From Octopus bimaculoides (Eukaryota): 38,206 bases of DNA. Made by a program: the position numbers and the translations under genes. Below are positions 35,418 to 38,206 of the stretch, one piece after another. The notes under the pieces were generated by a model, which ran no database searches, had not been told where the DNA came from, and was given only the letters and a program-made list of their open reading frames with translations. Where the stretch lies: contig NC_069002.1 in assembly GCF_001194135.2 (NCBI RefSeq), positions 27,281,686-27,319,891 of the forward strand. The letters are read 5' to 3'. Position 1 is the stretch's first letter, and each line of letters starts with the position of its first letter.

Positions 35418-35558
35418 GTTCGAAAAAATACTTTAGAGACCTGTGAACAAAGACTATGGGGATCAATGGAAGAAGAGTGGGAACGAGAAAGGCAGAAAAT
35501 GTTGAATGCTTTGTTAGGAACAGGACACCAAATGTTGGATTATTCTCAGGAAACTGAG
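35418..35558 (+). pseudogene. NUP93: Orphan NUP93-like exon fragment (47 codons), antisense within an MFSD10 intron
   Basis: VRKNTLETCEQRLWGSMEEEWERERQKMLNALLGTGHQMLDYSQETE followed by GAG|gtaagt. Aligns without gaps to recalled human NUP93 [46 protein letters not shown]. No AG acceptor immediately before the homologous start (aacat|gtt), and there is an in-frame TGA just upstream. Confidence 0.75.
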
Positions 35559-35704
35559 GTAAGTTCTTCTGTGCAATAATGTGCCACACTTTTGAGCTGG
35601 TTGTAGTATTATTGAACATACAAAGGCAACTTCTTTCAAAGGACTGTCTTTTAAATGGCAGATTCATCAATGTTGAAGTGAGACACTATAAAATTTTTAG
35701 TATC

Positions 35705-35880
35705 CTGACCGGCCTTCATGCCGGTGGCACATAAAAGCACCCACTACACTCTCGGAGTGGTTGGCGTTAGGAAGGGCATTCAGATTGGAGCCTGGTGTAG
35801 CCATCTGGTTCCACCAGTCCTCAGTCAAATCGTCCAACCCATGCCAGCATGGAAAGCGGACGTTAAACGATTATGATGAT
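35705..35880 (+). mobile_element. SINE-like repeat (GGTTGGCGTTAGGAAGGGCAT family) with (GAT)n tail
   Basis: Motif recurs at about 13620 (minus), 23450 and 25310 (minus). Confidence 0.7.
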
Positions 35881-36505
35881 GTTATATTAAAAAAAAAAAA
35901 TCAACTCCATTTCCTTCAGTTGCACAAAGAACAAAGAACAACCCTCCTCGCAGTTGAGATCAGCTATCAAACCAACATTAAACTATTAAGCCTTCATGTG
36001 GTGACTCATTCTGAATGTCACACATACCTCATTTTCTTTGGTTGCGCTGCTTTTGCTGATTCCCATGACTCTGTCGCCGTCCAATTCCATTATCAGAAAT
36101 TTGAATTGGGAGCTCAGCTCAGAGTGAATCTTTCATTAGCCGTTTAACACAATCATGGATGCATTGCAGTTACTCTCTTGATAGATCTTGGTGATCCTGA
36201 CCATTGATCTTCTAGGATTCCTCGGCTCAGCATCAATGAAAGAAGCACCGTTGGCTCAGTTGTACTGTTCCACTGCTTCTTCACAATCCACCATGCTGCA
36301 GTCCCATAGCTTCACTGTATCCCTGGCAGGGTAGCTAAATGGATGCTACGCCTTGCCAGAGAGCAGCCCATAACTCTGCAAGGCATGGTCGTCACTCCAT
36401 GAGCGATTTCTTCTGTCTCTATCTTTCTCTCTAATTCCTTCTCTCCTTCCTTTTCCAAATGGGGTATCTCCTCTTCAACAAGACACCTCTCTCTGTCCCT
36501 CTTTT

Positions 36506-37025
36506 ATATGTGACACTTATTTGGTAGCCATGATAAAACTACGAGTTTTGGATGCCAGGGTGGGAGCCCACGCCACCATCTCTTCAGTTATCTGGCCATT
36601 GAAAATTCCTGTGAAAAATGACCATTAAACAAAGGGAAATTACTGTGTAGTTGACCGTTATTAAGACAGAAGAGTTATTAGAATGACTGCTAAGTAAGGG
36701 GAGGGAGTAAAGGTAAGGGAGTAGAGAAGTCTATAGTGTTCATGTAAGCGCACCAATCCATACATTCGCCTATATTTATATACTAAACCACCCTCTCTTG
36801 AAACACACACATGCTCACCCACATTCTTGCCAAAAACTATACATATATGTACATATACATATATGCACCCACATACACACCCACACACACACACATGCAC
36901 ACAACAACCTCGCACCCATACACATGCACGCAAAAAAATTTTATAGGACTGAAAGCAAAAACAGAAGAAAGTGTGGCATCTGAAACTTGGAGTTTTATCA
37001 TGGCTACCGAATAAGTGTCACATAT
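36506..37025. mobile_element. Unclassified TIR element, about 520 bp, TIRs about 43 bp
   Basis: ATATGTGACACTTATTTGGTAGCCATGATAAAACTACGAGTTT versus AAACTTGGAGTTTTATCATGGCTACCGAATAAGTGTCACATAT. Confidence 0.8.
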
Positions 37026-37031
37026 TTTTAC

Positions 37032-37082
<51 letters not shown>

Positions 37083-37085
<3 letters not shown>

Positions 37086-37810
37086 TTTTACTTGTTTCAA
37101 TCATTTGACTGTGTCCATGCTGGAGCACTGCCTTTAGTCAAACAAATCGACCACAGGACTTATTCTTTGCAAGCCTAGTACTTATTCTATCAGTATCTTT
37201 TGCCGAACTGCTAAGTTACAGGGATGTAAACACACCAACATCGGATGTCAAGTGATGGAGGAGATAAATACAGATACACAAACATATATATATATACAAC
37301 GGGCTTCTTTCAGTTTCCATCTACCAAATCCACTCACAAGGCTTTGGTCAGTGTGAGACTAATGTAGAAGACACTTGCCCTGAACCATGTGGTTGGTAAG
37401 CAAGCTACTTACCACACAGCCACTCCTGCGGCTATATATATATCTATATATTATCGTTTACTTGTTTCGGTCATACTGGAGCACTGCCTTGAATGAATCA
37501 ACCCCAGTACTTATATTTCTGGAGCTTGGTATTTATTCAATCCGTCTCTTTTGCCGAAACATTAACTTATGGGGACATAAACACAACAACACCAATTGTC
37601 AAGTGGTGGTGGTGGTGGAGGATAAACACACACACACACACACGTATACGAGTAGCTTCTTTCAGTTTCTGTCGATCATATTCACTCACAAGGCTTTGGT
37701 TAGTCCAAGGCTCTAGTGGCAGTCACTAGCCCAAGGTGCCATGCAGAGGAACTGAACCTGAAACCATGTGGTTAAGAAGCAAACTTCTTACCACACAGCC
37801 ATGCCCATGC
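37083..37810 (-). mobile_element. Two tandem composite family B SINEs (about 37083-37430 and 37445-37810)
   Basis: Each has a TTGTTTC..GTCAT...GCTGGAGCACTGCC tail and a ...AACCATGTGGTT...CTTACCACACAGCC head. Confidence 0.8.
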
Positions 37811-37817
37811 CTACATT

Positions 37818-38206
37818 ATATACATACAAATATACATACACGCATACATACACATACGTACATACATATACATAGATATACATACATATATATATACATA
37901 CATACACATACATACACATACATAGATATACATACATACATATATATATATACATATACATACATATACATACATACATATATATACATAGATATACATA
38001 CATAGATATACATACATACATATATATACATACATACATACATACATATACATACATACATATATATACATACATACATACATATACATACATACATATA
38101 TATACATACATACATACATATACATATATATATACATACACATACATACATATATATATATACATACACATACATACATATATATATATATATACATACA
38201 CATACA
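37818..38206. repeat. (TACA/TA)n compound microsatellite
   Basis: Directly visible to the end of the window. Confidence 0.95.

Noticed and set aside
37736-38206. CV/YI/HT-repeat ORFs here and at 3640-4388, 13708-14401 and 31980-32476
   Set aside because: Dinucleotide and tetranucleotide microsatellite translations.

Overview
AT-rich animal (eukaryotic) genomic scaffold with many N gaps. The SINE, MITE and microsatellite content resembles what I recall from octopod cephalopods; this is inference, not verified. Most of the window is repeat: tRNA-derived SINEs, TTAA/CCC-ended piggyBac-like MITEs, mariner-type elements, RTE LINE remnants and simple repeats. The provided ORF track is almost all gap or microsatellite artefact. 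Reading splice sites by hand gives five phase-compatible minus-strand exons encoding the C-terminal third of an MFSD10/TETRAN-like MFS transporter: 35357-35302, 33742-33690, 26351-26261, 19741-19604 and 17465 into a gap. Main unusual items: (1) an orphan NUP93-like exon on the opposite strand, about 60 bp from an MFSD10 splice acceptor; (2) a tRNA-headed element plus an inverted copy, each with a minimal Penelope-type hammerhead ribozyme motif, in the last MFSD10 intron; (3) several near-perfect long hairpins; (4) a piggyBac-like element with internal tandem amplification; (5) a five-copy head-to-tail SINE array. Gene identities rest on recalled protein sequences, and repeat boundaries are approximate unless a TSD or TIR is quoted.
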